DNA of 48,837 bases, taken from positions 1 through 48,837 of the forward strand of contig JAYTZV010000387.1 of assembly GCA_043741695.1 (NCBI GenBank). Direction: 5' to 3'. Under the pieces are notes generated by a model that worked only from the letters and a program-made list of their open reading frames with translations, was not told the origin of the DNA and ran no database searches. This DNA comes from Burkholderiales bacterium. Lineage in GTDB: Bacteria > Pseudomonadota > Gammaproteobacteria > Burkholderiales > Burkholderiaceae_D. A program made the translations under genes and the position numbers. Shown one piece after another: positions 39,550 to 48,837 of this stretch; positions within the stretch are counted from its first letter, which is position 1, and each line of letters starts with the position of its first letter.

Positions 39550-40251
39550 ATGCACGCCAATTCACGCCAGATCAGCACGCAGCAGACCGGGTTGCATCCG
39601 CATTTGTCGCATCTGCTGGCGCGCCACCTCGCCACGCCCTTTCAAAAGCCGGTGACCGACCACGCCCGGGTCGCATTCGCGCAGTTTCTCCAGCACTGGC
39701 GCGCAGCAGGTGAAACACCGCTGATTCTCGATGCAGGCTGCGGCGTTGGCCTGTCGACGCGTCATTTGGCGGCGGCCTATCCACACTGCTTCGTGCTCGG
39801 TGTCGATCAATCTGCCGACCGGATCGCACGGCAGACTGCGTGGCCTGCTTCGAACCCGGAAAATTTTTTATTGCTGCGCACTGATCTGGTGGATTTCTGG
39901 CGCTTGTTACACGACGCCGGCATTCGTCTGCATCGCCATTATTTGCTGTATCCGAATCCGTGGCCAAAATTCGGCCATCTGGCGCGCCGCTGGCACGGTC
40001 ATGCGGTGTTTCCGACGGTAGTGGCGCTCGGTGGCGTGATCGAATGCCGCAGCAACTGGGCGGTTTATATCGACGAATGTGCCGCTGCACTGCGTCAGCT
40101 CGGTGTGCCCGGAATAGAAGTGGAGGCATTTACGCCAACCACACCAATTACGCCATTCGAAAAAAAATACCTCGCTTCGGGACATGCTTTGTGGCGTTGC
40201 CGCTCGCACTGCACTAGCGTTGAGCTGGCTGATCAAGCGAAGGACGGTTAA
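39550..40251 (+). CDS. TrmB-like SAM-dependent methyltransferase
   Basis: LILDAGCGVG, LGVDQS, LLYPNPWPK, ECRSNW, TPFEKKY; a divergent TrmB-type fold, substrate not established. Confidence 0.8.
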   Translation: MHANSRQISTQQTGLHPHLSHLLARHLATPFQKPVTDHARVAFAQFLQHWRAAGETPLILDAGCGVGLSTRHLAAAYPHCFVLGVDQSADRIARQTAWPASNPENFLLLRTDLVDFWRLLHDAGIRLHRHYLLYPNPWPKFGHLARRWHGHAVFPTVVALGGVIECRSNWAVYIDECAAALRQLGVPGIEVEAFTPTTPITPFEKKYLASGHALWRCRSHCTSVELADQAKDG

Positions 40252-41210
40252 TGGATCGCCTGCAATCAATGCGCGTTTTTGCGAAGGTCGTTGAACAGGG
40301 TAGTTTTGTCGCTGCCGGCAACGCGTTGGCGATGTCGAATGCGGTCGTCACGCGGCATCTGGCCGATCTCGAAAAACATCTCGGTGCGCGTCTTCTGAAT
40401 CGCACCACCCGCCGCTTGTCACTGACCGAAACCGGTAAAAATTATCTGGAACGCGTGCTGCAGATTCTGCAGGATATCGATGACGCAGATGCCGCCGCGA
40501 TGTCCAATTCGGCACGCACTGGAGGGACGTTGCGGCTGTATGCACATCTAGCCTTCGGTCAATTGCAACTCGCACAGTTGGTACCGCTATATTCGGCCAG
40601 GTATCCCGATGTTGAACTCGATGTGACCTTGTCGGATCGCACCCCTGATCTGGTCGAAGAAGGCTTCGATGTCGGTATTTTTATCGATCTGCAGAAATTC
40701 GATGCGAGCATGATCGCGCGCAAATTAGGCTCGTCCGAAATCATGCTGTGCGCCTCGCCGGCGTACATCGAAGCGCACGGCATGCCACTGATACCTGCCG
40801 ATATTTCACAGCATGTTTGTCTGAATTTCGCCTACGAGCAACTGCGTCATCACTGGATGATCAGCGAGGGCGACCGCATGATGTCGATTCCGATTACCAG
40901 CAAGCTGGTTTCCAACAATGGCGATTTGCTACGCCAGTGTGCGCTGGCAGGCATGGGTATTATGATCCGTTCGTCATTTACCTTGGGTGATGATTTGCGC
41001 ACCGGCAAACTGGTACGCCTGCTGCCGCAGCATCACCTGGGCCGCCTCGCCGTGGTGATGGCGTATCCGAGTCGCCGATTTTTATCCGCCAAGGTGCGTT
41101 CTTTCGTCGAATTCGTCAGCGCACGCTTTCCACATCCAGAGACTGACCCGTGGCAAGAGACCTGGCTCGACGCGCCATCATTAAATAACGTACGCCACCG
41201 CACAGAGTAG
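40251..41210 (+). CDS. LysR-family regulator (CrgA/DmlR-like)
   Basis: MDRLQSMRVF..GSF, LEKHLGARLLNRTTRRLSLTE, DLVEEGFDV. Confidence 0.94.
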   Translation: MDRLQSMRVFAKVVEQGSFVAAGNALAMSNAVVTRHLADLEKHLGARLLNRTTRRLSLTETGKNYLERVLQILQDIDDADAAAMSNSARTGGTLRLYAHLAFGQLQLAQLVPLYSARYPDVELDVTLSDRTPDLVEEGFDVGIFIDLQKFDASMIARKLGSSEIMLCASPAYIEAHGMPLIPADISQHVCLNFAYEQLRHHWMISEGDRMMSIPITSKLVSNNGDLLRQCALAGMGIMIRSSFTLGDDLRTGKLVRLLPQHHLGRLAVVMAYPSRRFLSAKVRSFVEFVSARFPHPETDPWQETWLDAPSLNNVRHRTE

Positions 41211-41325
41211 ACCGGAATTTCCACAGAGAATCCGTCCATCGATTATCTTTCTTCGACAACACCTCTCGCTACCTGAAGATAACTATTCCCGGTAGCCGGA
41301 CCGATTCCCTCTTCAGGAGCTTCAC

Positions 41326-42399
41326 ATGAAATTCGCCCGCAAATACGTTTTAAGTTGCGCAGCCTTGCTGCCATTCGCCGCCATCACCATGGGCACCAAT
41401 GTCGCCTACGCACAGACCCATCGTACTTCAGCGGGCGCACCGCACATCAATGGCTTCAATGTCGATGAAGTCGCCGCGCTCACGCCAGGTACCGATCTGA
41501 ACTTTACCGTCTTCGGCACGCCCGGCGGTACCGCAACGTTGCGTCTGCGCGGTGCTCGCCGCAATCTGACCTTGTCGGAAGTCGAGCCAGGACAGTACGA
41601 AGGTACTTACACCATCAGCAGCCGCGATGCGCTGACGGCGAAAAGTTCTGTTACCGCCAATCTGCGCGTTGGCCATCAAGTCGCCAGCGCGGTTCTGGCT
41701 GAGTCGCTGCAGACCGATGCCGGTCAACGTGCACAAGGTCAGGTCAGCGCAACCCTGCCAAAAATCGACCGCTTCGAAGTCCAACCGAATGCGGATCTGA
41801 GCCCGGGTAACGATCTGAAATTTACGTTGTTCGGTACGCCAGGCGGCAAAGCCGACATGACCATTGCCGGCACCAGCGGAAAATTCTTCATGCCGGAAGT
41901 CCGCAGCGGTGAGTACATCGGTAACTACACCATTCGCCAGCGCGACCGTATCACCGCCAACAGTGCCGTAACAGCCAATCTGCGCGTGGGTGACAGTATC
42001 ACCAGCGCATCACTGGGCAAGCAATTGTCGACATCAACCGCAGCGGTACGCCAGGCAGCAGTCTGCACCACCTGCGCGACCGTCGAAGCAGTCAATGCAA
42101 TTGAAGTCAACGGCGACGGCGGCTATCTTGGCACCATCGGCGGCGGCGTAGTTGGCGCACTGCTAGGCAGCCAGGTCGGTGGCGGTAGGGGCAAGACTGC
42201 GGCAGAAATTGCCGGCGCGCTCGGCGGTGCCTATGCAGGTCGCGCGATTGAAGGCAATGTTAAAAAGACCGTGCATTACGAAACGATGGTGCGCTTTCAA
42301 AATGGCGCAACACAAACTATTTCGACCGAAGGCAACCCAGGTCTGGCTGTCGGCGAAAAAATTCGCGTCGACAATGGGGTGATGACCCGCGGTCAATAA
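41326..42399 (+). CDS. Secreted glycine-zipper 2TM protein with a duplicated N-terminal beta-domain
   Basis: Signal peptide, two ~88-aa repeats, CTTC, GGVVGALLGSQVGGGRGKTAA..GALGGAYAG; AGGAG RBS. Confidence 0.85.
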   Translation: MKFARKYVLSCAALLPFAAITMGTNVAYAQTHRTSAGAPHINGFNVDEVAALTPGTDLNFTVFGTPGGTATLRLRGARRNLTLSEVEPGQYEGTYTISSRDALTAKSSVTANLRVGHQVASAVLAESLQTDAGQRAQGQVSATLPKIDRFEVQPNADLSPGNDLKFTLFGTPGGKADMTIAGTSGKFFMPEVRSGEYIGNYTIRQRDRITANSAVTANLRVGDSITSASLGKQLSTSTAAVRQAAVCTTCATVEAVNAIEVNGDGGYLGTIGGGVVGALLGSQVGGGRGKTAAEIAGALGGAYAGRAIEGNVKKTVHYETMVRFQNGATQTISTEGNPGLAVGEKIRVDNGVMTRGQ

Positions 42400-42444
42400 T
42401 AATTGACCATCACTGCGCCACTGTGGTGGTGCAGCGTAATACAT

Positions 42445-42482
42445 AAAAAAAGCAGCGCGGATTTTTCCGGCGCTGCTTTTTT
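42445..42482. terminator. Bidirectional intrinsic terminator
   Basis: A7-GCAGCGC...GCGCTGC-T6 between convergent genes. Confidence 0.85.
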
Positions 42483-43749
42483 ACTTTTTGGCGCGTGAAA
42501 AAACCGCCAGCAACTGCGCGCCAGCGTGTTCAATCGTCCCGTTGTTGTCGATACGTACAACGTCATCGCCCACCACAGAAAATTGCGTAACCCGCTCCAG
42601 CCGACGTAACAGCGCTGGCCCGGATTCCCGGCGTCGATCAACAATGCGGCGACGAATTTGTTCGATGCCTGCCTCGATCCAGATCACCTGCGCCGAAGGA
42701 TATGCCTGGCGCAACTGCGCAATGTATTGGCGCGAACCATTGACGATCACATCCCGACCGGCCTGTAAATCCGCGTCGATCCCGCGGCGGATCGCGTAAC
42801 ACAGACCATTGGCTTGCCACTGCATTGCGAATTCACCAGCAGCCGCGGCTTGCCAGAATGTGGTTTCGTCGAGGTACTCGCTGGCTTCATTGTCATCCGC
42901 CGGTCGGGTAATGATACGGCGGGCAAACACGATGTTCGATGCGGCCGGCAACTGCGCAGCAAGCCAGCGCAAGAGCGTGTCTTTACCTGAACCAGAAGGA
43001 CCCACCATGAAAAACAAGGTGCCGGGTGATGGCAGGCTCGGCTCCAGCACGTTTGACGAAAAGCGGATGCGCTCAATCAATTCGAAATCGTGTCCCGGTG
43101 CCGCTTCGCGAAATAACGCCATTCCATCAATCATCAGCGGTGCAGCAGCTGCCTCGGCAAAGCTGGCTTCGGCTGCGGTGAGCAGGGCTGACGTGGTGGT
43201 GACATCGACATCCGTCAATGCATCGGACAGCGTCATATGGAAGCGAAAAGCTTCTTCGGTATATGGATAACCCCAGCGCAGCAACAGCGCCTCTTGCCGC
43301 GGACTCAAGCCGGAGTGCCTGCGTCGCGCAAGTTCTTCGGGCGACAGCGGCGCTCGCAGCAGATCAAAATAACTGACGCACCGCATCGCCAACGCGTTGA
43401 TCTCAGGTTGCGCCACGGCTGGCTGTAGTGCCAGAAATGCGCCAAGCATGCGCACCTCTGGCTGGCGTAATTCGATCACGGGTTGGCAGTACGCGAATGC
43501 CTGCGCCATCTGCAGAAGATGCGTCTCGTCAAAACCGGAGGCAAGATGAAACGGCGCTTTCAGCGTGGCGTGAAATCCGTAACGGCGCGCGGCGCGCGTC
43601 AAGCTTGACTGCAGCGTTGCGGTTACACCAGCAATCGGTGGTGGATCGGTGCAAACTCCGCTTTCAGGATCGCGTCCTAGCCAGCGACAACCCTGTTGCC
43701 ACCAGAGCGACGCGCGCTGCGGGGCGAAATAAATGGCATATCGGATCAT
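42481..43749 (-). CDS. phnN: Fusion of DUF1045 (phosphonate-associated, 2H-phosphoesterase-like) and PhnN (ribose 1,5-bisphosphokinase)
   Basis: N-part: RYAIYFAP, WLGRD, RYGFHATLKAPF, WGYPY, FRFHMTL. C-part: VGPSGSGKDTL, RRIITRP, WQANGLCYAI, VIVNGSR. One continuous frame; ATG 43749. Confidence 0.88.
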   Translation of the reverse strand: MIRYAIYFAPQRASLWWQQGCRWLGRDPESGVCTDPPPIAGVTATLQSSLTRAARRYGFHATLKAPFHLASGFDETHLLQMAQAFAYCQPVIELRQPEVRMLGAFLALQPAVAQPEINALAMRCVSYFDLLRAPLSPEELARRRHSGLSPRQEALLLRWGYPYTEEAFRFHMTLSDALTDVDVTTTSALLTAAEASFAEAAAAPLMIDGMALFREAAPGHDFELIERIRFSSNVLEPSLPSPGTLFFMVGPSGSGKDTLLRWLAAQLPAASNIVFARRIITRPADDNEASEYLDETTFWQAAAAGEFAMQWQANGLCYAIRRGIDADLQAGRDVIVNGSRQYIAQLRQAYPSAQVIWIEAGIEQIRRRIVDRRRESGPALLRRLERVTQFSVVGDDVVRIDNNGTIEHAGAQLLAVFSRAKK

Positions 43750-43859
43750 CGCGCGCGTCGTCGCAAAGAGCCGGAAAGTCGGTGACAGATAGGCATCGAG
43801 ACGTGCTTTCACCAAAAAAAGCGGAAAAAATAGCCAGGAAATCGATACCAACCCAGCTT

Positions 43860-43888
43860 AAGCCAGATTAATGACACACTTATGTCAT
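43860..43888 (-). promoter_or_regulatory. Pho-box-like 11-bp-period repeats upstream of the DUF1045-PhnN gene
   Basis: Minus strand ATGACAT-AAGT-GTGTCAT-TAAT-CTGGCTT versus consensus CTGTCAT-N4-CTGTCAY; the first two units also form the palindrome ATGACA-N6-TGTCAT. Confidence 0.5.
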
Positions 43889-44025
43889 TGCAAACAGATT
43901 GTTGATCGAATCGAGATTGCCGCTGACAACGCGTTTAAAAACAATTCGATGCGCCATCATGTGCAAATACAGCGCGTCCATTTTTGTCAAACTATAATCG
44001 ACCTTCACTCATACCAGAGGTACAC

Positions 44026-44988
44026 ATGGCTCTCCCCGTCGCACTGCAAAATTTACGACTGCCAGTGATTGGCTCGCCGTTGTTCATCGCCAGCGGACCG
44101 GCGCTAGTAACAGCGCAGTGCAAGGCAGGTATCGTCGGTTCGTTCCCGGCGTTGAATGCACGTCCGGCCGAGTTGCTCGATACCTGGTTGAGTACGATTC
44201 AAGCCGATCTGGAGGCACACAAGAAAGCCAACCCGCAAGCCATCATCGGTCCAATCGCGGTCAACCAGATCGTCCATCAATCAAACGACCGTCTCGCGCA
44301 CGATGTCGACATGTGCGTCAAGCACAAGATCCCGATCATTATCTCCAGCCTGCGCGCACCGCCTGCGGAAATGATGGATGCGATTCACAGTTACGGCGGC
44401 ATCGTGCTGCACGATGTGATCTCGATCCGGCATGCGCAAAAAGCGCTCGAAGCGGGTGTCGACGGATTAATTCTGGTTGCCGCCGGCGCGGGCGGGCACG
44501 CGGGTGCACTGTCGCCCTTTGCGCTGGTTGGCGAAATACGTAAATTTTTCAGTGGTCCGATTGCGTTGTCGGGATCAATCGCCACTGGCGACGCCGTGCT
44601 GGCAGCGCAAGCGATGGGTGCCGACTTCGCGTACATCGGTTCACGCTGGTTGGCCACGACCGAATCAAATGTCGACGAAGCTTATCGACAGGCGATCCTC
44701 GAATCGAGCGCGGCGGATATTGTCTATACGAATTTGTTCACCGGCGTACATGGCAATTACCTGAAAAAATCGATTGTTGCTGCTGGGCTCGACCCCGACA
44801 ATCTGCCGGTCGCCGACAAGACCGCGATGAATTTTGGTTCCGGCAGCGGCAGCAAAGCCAAGGCGTGGCGCGATATTTGGGGTGCGGGTCAGGGCGTTGG
44901 CCTGATGAATGACGTGGTGAGCGTAGCCGACATGGTGACCCGGCTCGAACTGGAATACCGCGCAGCCCGTGCGCGGCTTGCTTTGTAG
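44026..44988 (+). CDS. Nitronate monooxygenase / FabK-like flavin oxidoreductase
   Basis: PVIGSPLFIAS, GSFPALNAR, AGAGGHAG, GADFAYIGSR, WGAGQG; GAGG RBS. Confidence 0.9.
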   Translation: MALPVALQNLRLPVIGSPLFIASGPALVTAQCKAGIVGSFPALNARPAELLDTWLSTIQADLEAHKKANPQAIIGPIAVNQIVHQSNDRLAHDVDMCVKHKIPIIISSLRAPPAEMMDAIHSYGGIVLHDVISIRHAQKALEAGVDGLILVAAGAGGHAGALSPFALVGEIRKFFSGPIALSGSIATGDAVLAAQAMGADFAYIGSRWLATTESNVDEAYRQAILESSAADIVYTNLFTGVHGNYLKKSIVAAGLDPDNLPVADKTAMNFGSGSGSKAKAWRDIWGAGQGVGLMNDVVSVADMVTRLELEYRAARARLAL

Positions 44989-45240
44989 CCACTGGATCGA
45001 TGGTGCAATACAGTGCGTCGGCCTTCCTCATCAGACAATCGGCGACCTTTTTTTCGTTAACAATTTTGTGGAAAGCGCACGAAGAAAACCATCTTCCTGC
45101 GCCCCTAAAAAAGTTACTAATGGTATCTATTTACCAATGAATGTGTGGTGAATTTGTCTGATTCACAAATGAAACTTAGCAGCTCGGTGCGCGTGTGCTA
45201 AATTGGGTTGATTGTAACCAACTCTCTTTAGAGGCTGCTT

Positions 45241-46398
45241 ATGACATCGCGCACCCTATCCGATTCGCTGAACCTCGCAGTCCCTGCCAATCACAAAATC
45301 CGGTTCTGGATCTTTTTATTGTTGTTTGCCACCGTCGGTCTGCACATGGCCGCTGCACATTACGGCGGCTGGGCGTGGGCCCTGCTCGTCCTGCAATTTT
45401 TGATATACCCGCAGGTGCTATCGTGGCGCGCACATAACGCCGACGATCCCGCCCAAGCGGAATGGCAGCACCGGTTGCTTGATGCCGTACTAGCCGGTGT
45501 ATGGATTGCTGCACTGGCATTTCCACTTTGGATTACTTATGTAGTCGTGGCTGGCGCGGTCTTCAATCTCACTGCACTTGCGAGTTGGCGAGGTTTATCA
45601 AAAGCAGCGCTCGCGCTCTGCACAGGAATGTTGATTGCGATTGCACTGGGTGGTCTGCAGTGGTCGCCGCACACTGCCATGGACGCCACCATCATGAGCA
45701 TGTTAACCGCGTCGTCGCTGATGCTGCTGATGGCCGACGCAGCACACCGGCGCACGGTACACCTCGAACGCATACGGTCCCGGCTCGGCGCAAGCGAACA
45801 GGCATTACGCTATCAGCTTGGCGAAATTGAGCTGCTGCAGACCAAGCTGAACGAGCAGGTCAATCTTGACGCGCTGACCGGGCTATACAACCGTCGTTTT
45901 CTGGGCCCGATGCTGGAACGCGAACTGGCACGCTGCCAGCGCGAGCGCCAGCCGCTCACGTTGATTATGGTGGATGTCGATCACCTCAACCGGATCAATG
46001 ACTGCTACGGCCGCCGGGCCGGCGATGATGTACTGAAATCGCTCGGTGCGATGCTAAAAGAGCGGTCGCGTGCGGCGGATATCGTCTGTCGCTACGGTGG
46101 CGAAGAATTTTTACTGTTGCTGCCCAACATGCCGCCGGAAACTGCGCTCAGCGTCGCCGAAGGATGGCGTACCAAATTTGCTGCGACCCCGGTCTACTCT
46201 GGCGACCGGTCGATTCGCGCCACGCTTTCTGTCGGAGTGACGACATACGTCGGTCTGGGCGAATCGCCGGGTGAGTTGATCCATCGCGCCGACCTTGCGC
46301 TGGCGCAGGCCAAAGCCGATGGTCGCGATCGGGTCGCTTTGTTCGGCGGCGATAAAAAGCCGCTGTTGCAAGATCGAGGAGGCGCTGAGCAAAGCTAA
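45241..46398 (+). CDS. Membrane diguanylate cyclase (MASE2-like sensor plus GGDEF)
   Basis: TM-rich N-terminus (FLIYPQV, LLDAVLAGVW), DALTGLYNRR, RAAD I-site, RYGGEEF. Confidence 0.9.
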   Translation: MTSRTLSDSLNLAVPANHKIRFWIFLLLFATVGLHMAAAHYGGWAWALLVLQFLIYPQVLSWRAHNADDPAQAEWQHRLLDAVLAGVWIAALAFPLWITYVVVAGAVFNLTALASWRGLSKAALALCTGMLIAIALGGLQWSPHTAMDATIMSMLTASSLMLLMADAAHRRTVHLERIRSRLGASEQALRYQLGEIELLQTKLNEQVNLDALTGLYNRRFLGPMLERELARCQRERQPLTLIMVDVDHLNRINDCYGRRAGDDVLKSLGAMLKERSRAADIVCRYGGEEFLLLLPNMPPETALSVAEGWRTKFAATPVYSGDRSIRATLSVGVTTYVGLGESPGELIHRADLALAQAKADGRDRVALFGGDKKPLLQDRGGAEQS

Positions 46399-46536
46399 TC
46401 ACCCCCTGCAGTGCACCCATTTACAACGCCCGTCCATGCGTCGGAATGAATCAACGCTTAGCTGGTTACGCGATAGAAAACAGTTTTGCCGATCTGCGCT
46501 AGACTCGCGGTTTTATTGTTTCGGACGATCTCCTGC

Positions 46537-47139
46537 ATGCAAACCTTCGACGCTATTCGTAATCGCCGCGCAGTCAAACATTTTGACGCGACCCATTCCA
46601 TGCCGGACAACGAACAGCGCACGCTACTTGAACTGGCGATGCAGTCGCCGACCGCGTTCAACCTGCAGCACTGGCGCTTCGTGGTGATCGATGAACCGGC
46701 ATTACGCCAGTCGCTGCGCGCAATCGCGTGGGATCAAGCGCAGGTAACCGACGCGTCAATGCTGTTATTGGTATGTGCCGATCTGTCGAGCTGGAAAACC
46801 CAACCGGCCCGCTTCTGGAAAGACGCGCCGCAAGCGGTGCAGGATATTTTGGTGCCCGCCATCGACGGCTACTACCGCGACCGCGCGCAGACCCAGCGTG
46901 ACGAAGCCATGCGCAGCTGCGGCATCGCTGCACAAACCATCATGCTGGCGGCCAAAGCCATGGGTTATGACTCCTGCCCGATGGACGGTTTCGACTTCGA
47001 CGCTGCCGGTAAATTAATTCAGCTGCCCGACGATCATGTCATCACGATGATGATCGCGATCGGTAAAAGAACCCAAGAGGTTTGGCCAAAACCGGGACAG
47101 CTTGGTTTTGATGAAGTGGTAATTCGTAACCGTTTCTGA
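46537..47139 (+). CDS. Nitroreductase-family protein
   Basis: AIRNRRAVKHF, SPTAFNLQHWRFV, GYDSCPMDGFD. Confidence 0.93.
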   Translation: MQTFDAIRNRRAVKHFDATHSMPDNEQRTLLELAMQSPTAFNLQHWRFVVIDEPALRQSLRAIAWDQAQVTDASMLLLVCADLSSWKTQPARFWKDAPQAVQDILVPAIDGYYRDRAQTQRDEAMRSCGIAAQTIMLAAKAMGYDSCPMDGFDFDAAGKLIQLPDDHVITMMIAIGKRTQEVWPKPGQLGFDEVVIRNRF

Positions 47140-47358
47140 CGCGTGCGCGATCCGGCAAAATTTGCTGTCGGCTCTTGCGCAACGGTAGGTGATCTATCGC
47201 CACGGCAAGTCGACTGTGGCATATTCCATCAAGTCGCCTGTCAAAACCCATAGGGTCAGGCGCACCTAGTCGACGAAGTGAATGGAGACGCGTGATGAAG
47301 CATGCCGACGCAGCCCGAACTTGCTGGACCACCGCCGCGACATTGCCAATGGTGTCGC

Positions 47359-47979
47359 ATGAGTGAGCATCCCGAACAGGCCATCGCGGCGTTACGCCAG
47401 CAACTGGCCGACCAGGACAACGAACTGCAGCTGCTACGTCAGCAAATTGCAGAGCTGGTTCGGCACGACACGCTCACCGGCGTGATGAACCGGCGCACGC
47501 TGCTTGAAATGCTCAACGCGGAATTGCAGCGCTCGCATCGCACCGGCCATCCATTCTGTTTTGCGATCATCGACCTCGACGAATTCAGACGCATCAACGA
47601 ACAATTCGGTCACGATGTTGGCGATGTTGTGCTGAAAACTGTCTCTGACGCGTCAATTAAACTATTGCGCGTGCTTGATCGCTTCGGTCGCCTCGGCGGT
47701 GAGGAATTCGGTATTGTCTTGCCGGCGACATGGCTTGATAGTGGCGTTATCGCCATGAACCGTCTGCGTGCGGCAGTAGGTGCCTACGACTGGGCTGGCA
47801 TTACACCGGGTACGGCGATTACTTTTTCTGCAGGACTGACCACCAACGCCACCGGCGACACTGCCGAAAAAGTAATCGAGCGCGCCGAAGCTGCCTTGTT
47901 GCAAGCGAAGGAAAAAGGGCGCAATTGTACCGTCACGCTGGAAGCCGATTTGCCCGACATGCCGATGTTCGATGACTGA
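47359..47979 (+). CDS. Cytoplasmic diguanylate cyclase (coiled coil plus GGDEF)
   Basis: HDTLTGVMNRR, DLDEFRRINEQFGH, RVLD I-site, RLGGEEF; start may be 47302. Confidence 0.9.
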   Translation: MSEHPEQAIAALRQQLADQDNELQLLRQQIAELVRHDTLTGVMNRRTLLEMLNAELQRSHRTGHPFCFAIIDLDEFRRINEQFGHDVGDVVLKTVSDASIKLLRVLDRFGRLGGEEFGIVLPATWLDSGVIAMNRLRAAVGAYDWAGITPGTAITFSAGLTTNATGDTAEKVIERAEAALLQAKEKGRNCTVTLEADLPDMPMFDD

Positions 47980-48187
47980 GCAACCATCTGCCCGCCTGCA
48001 CGGCATCACACTCGAAGCGATGTTGATTGCACTGGTCGCACGCTACGACTGGAGCGGGCTGGCACAACGCATCGATGTGCGTTGCTTCAAAAATGATCCC
48101 AGTATCAAATCGAGCCTGACATTTTTGCGGCGCACACCGTGGGCGCGGCAACAGCTTGAAGCCCTCTATCTTCAACAGGCATCATGA
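47972..48187 (+). CDS. VF530/DUF2132-family small DNA-binding protein
   Basis: [33 protein letters not shown]. Confidence 0.92.
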   Translation: MTEQPSARLHGITLEAMLIALVARYDWSGLAQRIDVRCFKNDPSIKSSLTFLRRTPWARQQLEALYLQQAS

Positions 48188-48576
48188 CAAGACGCGAAAA
48201 TTTTTCGTCTGGCGCACCGTGGGAAGCGGTCGTCGGTTATTCGCGTGCCGTAAAAATCGGTACGCAAATTTTTGTCTCCGGCACCACCGCTACCGATGGC
48301 AAAGGTGCGTTAGTCGGTATCGATGATGCTTATGCGCAGACCATGCAATGCCTGCGTAATATCGAGACCGTGCTGCAGCGTGCAGGGGCCAGCTTGCACG
48401 ACGTCGTGCGAACCCGCGTGTACGTGACGAACATTGATGACTGGGAAAAAATCGGCAGAGCGCATGGTGAATTCTTCAGTGAGATTCTTCCTGCGTCGAG
48501 TATGGTCGAGGTGTCGCGCTTGATCGCACCCAACATGCTGGTCGAGATCGAAGCAGACGCAGTGATCCCGGAATAA
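48184..48576 (+). CDS. RidA/YjgF-family protein
   Basis: [31 protein letters not shown]; ATGA overlap with the upstream gene. Confidence 0.92.
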   Translation: MTRRENFSSGAPWEAVVGYSRAVKIGTQIFVSGTTATDGKGALVGIDDAYAQTMQCLRNIETVLQRAGASLHDVVRTRVYVTNIDDWEKIGRAHGEFFSEILPASSMVEVSRLIAPNMLVEIEADAVIPE

Positions 48577-48837
48577 TGCAGCGTACGTAGTTTCCCCATT
48601 CGACCGATCCAAACGCGAATCGTCAAACGCCTTGCCTGCATTGCGATGTCTCATTTAATAGCGCAGCACAACGTATTACGGTGCCGGCTGCGCATGAGAG
48701 AACGCTTGCTTTCCTTTTCTGATACGGGTAACTTCATATCGGCTTTGTCGCAAAGACAAGGTCGCGTCAGTTGCAGGTCGCATCACCGCACGACATTGCA
48801 CGATCGCTCAGACGATCGGTAATGGAGGGCAGCGACA

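Noticed and set aside
43871-43888. ATGACA-N6-TGTCAT as a second CusR box
   Set aside because: The spacer is 6 bp rather than 4 bp; the phosphonate-related neighbour makes a Pho-box reading more plausible.
47150-47280. c-di-GMP-I or other known riboswitch upstream of the GGDEF gene
   Set aside because: GGCAAA is present, but the GNRA tetraloop/receptor and second stem of c-di-GMP-I are not; I see no match to other aptamers I know.
48577-48837. Possible gene or RNA at the right edge
   Set aside because: No ORF or motif can be supported within the window.

Overview
This is a 48.8 kb chromosomal segment of a GC-rich betaproteobacterium; gene content and order point to Burkholderiales, probably Oxalobacteraceae (inference). 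The backbone is housekeeping: mreBCD-mrdA, gatCAB, pyrE/xth, metXW plus an AmpG-like permease under a SAM-II riboswitch, regulatory PTS (EIIA-HPr-EI), gshAB, a sigma54/NtrC-controlled porin-glnK-amtB operon, ubiK, comM and rsmB-DUF4390-NtrY/NtrX-like genes. Four accessory features stand out. (i) A copper module of CusRS-like two-component system, two CusF-like proteins (one very Met-rich) and a DUF4148 protein under a CusR-type box, with no efflux pump in the window. (ii) A stress patch at 29.1-31.1 kb with a ClpP paralog, a hydrophilin-like protein, an orphan 108-aa gene behind a textbook LexA-repressed promoter, and a CU-rich anti-Shine-Dalgarno double-hairpin sRNA. (iii) A stand-alone DUF1045 (2H-phosphoesterase-like)-PhnN fusion with a Pho-box-like site. 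(iv) A Cys-rich secreted protein inside gatCAB. Several short intergenic tandem repeats (9-14 bp period) and G.U-rich long hairpins are also present. I found no rRNA, complete tRNA, CRISPR array, transposase or integrase. All calls come from reading the sequence; no database search was run.
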